From: Anthoceros angustus
Taxonomy: Eukaryota > Plantae > Anthocerotophyta
Length of the DNA stretch: 64,000 nt
Assembly (NCBI GenBank): GCA_010909165.1
Contig: VJWM01000044.1
Coordinates: 930,001 to 994,000, forward strand
Reading direction: 5' to 3'
Both the position numbers and the translations under genes were made by a program. Under the pieces are notes generated by a model, which saw only the letters and a list, made by a program, of their open reading frames with translations, had not been told where the DNA came from and made no database searches. Below are positions 60,163-64,000 of the stretch, piece by piece. The number at the start of each line of letters is the position of its first letter. Position 1 is the first letter of the stretch.

Positions 60163-60557
60163 CTGTATATTATTTTTTATTAGGTCGCCATTTTAATAAG
60201 GCAAATAATAAATTCTAAACTTCTGGCTCATCAAGGTTCTCATCAGGCACCCCGACTACCGAGGCTTTTTTGATGCGAGTCGTGAAGAGAAAGAAGCGAC
60301 CGGAATCAGCCAGGCCAGGAGAAGACTACAACATTTTTGCGTCTTTGCGAGGAAATTCAGCCTTGCAGCCGCATTGGCTTGCTCTGTGGTCGACAGGAGC
60401 TCAGGTTTCGTGAAATTGCGATGCTGGGCTTGGACTAGGACCGTGGGGAATCCTCGGACTCGTGGGATGCGTCACAAGAAGCGGGGGGCATTTATGAGGG
60501 GTTACTGTGGTTGGAACTGGGAGGGGAATTCGGAGCAGTGATCGCGACAGGACGAGG

Positions 60558-62339
60558 ATGGCGTCGGCAGCATGGGCACACATTGCCCTATTTTTTGTCC
60601 AGCTCTTATACGCTGGTTACCATGTCTCCGCGCAGTATGCACTAGATGGAGGAGTTGATGCGATGGCGTTCTGCGCTCTGCGCGATCTGATTGCTGCGGT
60701 CGTCCTTATCGTGGCAGTATTTTTCTTGATAGACAGGTGCGTCAAGCTTTGTATTATAAGAGTGTTGACAGGTTTTGGATGGATGCATCTTGTGGATCCA
60801 ATCTTGCTGATGCTTGAATTGGTCGTGTGTCTTGCTGTGAAGGAAGTTTTGGGTTCCTCGAGGTGAGGTGGTGGCCTTTTCGGCTCTTCTTGGTCTGCTT
60901 GGGTAAGTTTGGTGTTGGAAAGGGATGGAGAAAGAATTTTTCATTGTGCATTTTTAAACAGTGGGACGGGTTTTACAGGATATTTTTGAACCAAGTGTTC
61001 TTTCTGAATGGCCTTAAACGGGCTGGTGCATCACGTGCAGCGACTTGGCAGCTTAGCGTTCCGTTTATGACATTCGTTATATCTTTATTATCCGGGTCAG
61101 TCTCACTTGGTTGTACTTTTGTCCGAGTTCAAGTTGGAAATTCTCTACAACTGTGCCAAAACGAGTCATTGTGGGACTCCAGTCTTGCTTTGCAGGTTTC
61201 CTGGCTCCCCCCTCTGTCCCTCCTATGATTTGGAGTTCTATCCATGATGATGCAGGTCAGAGACAATTCATTGGAGGAGATGCAGCGGCCTGAAAAAAAT
61301 TCTTGGCATGGCTCTGTGCGCCGTGGGAACTTTTGTCACGATTTTTTATGAAGGACCTAAAGTATTTGAGATGTTTTGTTCTGACGGGCATATGCTGGGG
61401 GCAGTCAGTGGGAAGCCTTCACCGGAGCCAGGTGGCTGGCTCGGTGCCGCTTTGCTTGAGCTGGGAATTGAGGCGAGCCCTGGCGATGTTTATCTTGGTC
61501 TGAACTGCATGTGTGTATCGGTGTACCATGCATTGCAGGTGAGCTGTGAACATTGAGTCGGTTGAGTGTGTTGTTGTTCAGACCTTCTGCACAACCTTGC
61601 AGCCATTGATGCCAAGTGTTAATGCTTCCTCACACAGAAATATGTTATGAATAAATACCCTGCAACGGCAAAGCCTTCATTGACAGCATGGACTTACGTG
61701 TTTGGAGCTCTATTTGTTGTGACCCTCACTGTGCTTGGTGGCGTTGGACTTTCAGACTTTCTCCTCTCAAAATGGGAGTGGATGACCGTGGCTTATGCAG
61801 TAAGTCCGTCATAATCCATTCTGCACTGCTGGTTTCTGTAGAAAGAGAAGCATTCCAGATTCCGGATACTTATCATTTTGTCCTTACACCTTGTAGGGAG
61901 TGTTTGCCTCAGCTTTTAACTACTGTATGATGTCATATACCAACGACAAATTGGGCCCTACTATGATGTCCTTTTACATGCCGTTTCAGCCAATCTTTGC
62001 GTCAATTCTATCCTGCACCTTTCTCCGGAGCTCAATATACTTGGGAAGGTATCAGCTTTTGGCACCATATAGTGTCTTATATTTTCTGGCCTTCACTTCT
62101 CTTTGCATGTGGTAATCTGTGGGTTCTTTTGCTTGGTCAGCATTACTGGCGGAATCCTGCTAGTGGCAGCACTGTGGGCTTTAAGTTCGGGTCAACACGA
62201 CACACAAACTGAGTTACTACAGGCATCCATTCGACGAGAACCATCATATATCACCGATCCCTTGATCCAGGTGGTATATCAGAAAAAAGTTCCGCGTTCA
62301 TCTGCCCCTCATGCGTGGTCCTTGTCCCGAGAGGACTAA
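60558..62339 (+). CDS. WAT1-related/UMAMIT (EamA, nodulin MtN21) transporter, multi-exon
   Basis: AHIALFFVQLLYAGYHV, NQVFFLNGLK, KKILGMALCAVG, LGPTMMSFYMPFQPIFASILS and IYLG-ITGGILLVAAL. Confidence 0.9.
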
Positions 62340-62734
62340 TGTGTTCAAAAGGTTACATCATGAATTGCCATGTCCCTCTATCCTGGAATCAGGGGATGGG
62401 TCAACTCTGCTGTCTCGTACACGGCAGGAGTTGTCAAAGTTGGGGTATCTAGTTTTGCACATTAGCTGAGCAACCCGTATTCCTGTCCAACAAGCTTTCA
62501 GTTGTTGCGGCCTGAAAAGTCTGCCACATCAGCATGGACTACAGTATGTGACAATGTTAAAGTGAGAGGGAACTCAGTAGGAGATATGTTGCAATGGTGA
62601 TGAGGGTCTCTTATGCCTCGTAGTGATGTATCTCAACGTGGGATCGTAAAGAATCTGACGAGTATACTGGCTTTTGTGCCAGCCTGAATCTTGATTGTGT
62701 TGTTGGTTTGTCTGGCTGGTTGATGACTGCAGGA

Positions 62735-63770
62735 CGATATATCACTCCTTGCATCAGGGATGGGCTCCTCCAGAGCTGGCAGCCAACCAACCTGAACCTG
62801 AGTGATCAGGGCTCCACCTTAGCAGATACATCTCAAGAAGGGGCTAGACGCTTTGTCTCGGTAAGGCTGCTGGATGAACCCGACTGGAAGGGTCCAGACA
62901 GGGGCAAGCTCCCCCAGAGCTGATAGCCCGTACAGCCCTGAACTTGAAAGGCAGAATGACCATGGTTCCTCCTCCCCAGTTGCTCATCAAGAGGACGAGG
63001 CTAGGGGCTTTATGTTGAAAGACAAAAGTGGAAGGACACTACCATACCAGGGGGAGGCATTACTCTGTTCGATGAAGGAGATGAGACAGGTGGGCTATGG
63101 TGGCCCGCGACGGTTTTGCCCAAATTCCTTGTGTATGTGGCTGGTGGTCTCATCTCAGTGTCTGGCCTCATGGAAGAACGTAGTTTTGTTCCTCTCTTTC
63201 GCTTGTAGTGTCATGTAAGACACGCACGCCTTCCATGGACACGTCCCGTCCTGACTGCGTTTTGTTCGATGTCAGTGGAGACGCTTTCCGTGTGAATGAA
63301 CAAGGTCTCGGTTCTCGGTCTAGCCCCGTTTTGAGAGCTTTTTGTTGGGCCCAGCTGTGTATTTTGTTTCCAGACTTGGTTCGTGTTTTGGTGAGGCTCG
63401 TGTTTTGCAGCTGCAGAGTCCACCCAAGTCTACCACGTCGTCTGGTTGCCGAGTCGCACGCTGAGGCTTTTTGGGAGAAGCGTGCGTGTCACATAGTTGG
63501 AGCTTGAAGGTCTATCGTGCACATTGCGGCTTCCTTGGTCGGGATCACGAGCGCACGCTAAGAAGCGTCAGATGGAACCGCGCTTCCACAGAGGTGTGTA
63601 ATCAAACCTGTTCTTGCTTACCGCAATTGCTGTGGTGCTGCTATCCTGGTAGTCTGCAAGGAGGCCGCCATCAGAGTTCCCAATTTGACTGTCGAGTCGG
63701 CGGTGCTGGTCGGTGGAATCCTATGCCGTCTCAAGGCCGTCTTCAGCAGGCAATTCGTCTGCAGAGGTAG
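62735..63770 (+). other. Possible spliced coding region, unassigned
   Basis: GC-elevated blocks bounded by plausible AG/GT sites and T-rich spacers; no recognisable domain and no consistent frame. Confidence 0.25.
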
Positions 63771-64000
63771 GATGCTTAGAGTGCTGCTTACAGAGTAGGA
63801 TTGGATTGTTTAGAGTGCTGCTCATGGAGTAGGATGAGCAAATCCATTGTGATGCTGTGCTGACATGTTGCTCAATTCCTGACCTAGGAAGGAAATGGGG
63901 AATTGGTTCTCAGACCTAATCAAGCTCTACAGAGGCTGAGGGACCTGCTGGTCATCTCCAGCAGACAAATGAGACATAATCTGGGTTGGGGTAAACTCGT

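Overview
Eukaryotic land-plant nuclear DNA, probably from a non-seed plant such as a fern (inferred from the style of the PLS-class PPR gene). The window has three zones. (1) About 1-29.5 kb is a mosaic: pieces of an intron-containing RPS10 gene and its flanks, a Ty3/gypsy element (A), a short copia-type gag-protease element (C), a second gypsy-like element on the minus strand (B) and the interior of a neighbouring CACTA element recur in the same orientation, joined at short (mostly 7-9 bp) shared words. This may be a long-read consensus artefact or template-switch rearrangement. (2) About 29.5-46 kb holds the gag-like region and LTR of element B, then an ~11-kb CACTA-like element with CCCTA termini, a TTC target-site duplication and an internal palindromic satellite. 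(3) About 46.6-64 kb is a compact gene island: P-class PPR, PIN1-type parvulin, NDC80, PLS-E+ PPR, endonuclease V and a UMAMIT/WAT1-like transporter. Best candidate for a novel system: element B carries, directly after its aspartic protease, the N-terminal motifs of a DNMT3-like C5-cytosine methyltransferase (three noisy copies, consensus built by hand), suggesting a methyltransferase-bearing LTR retrotransposon family in a land plant. All motif and family calls were made by eye; no search was run.
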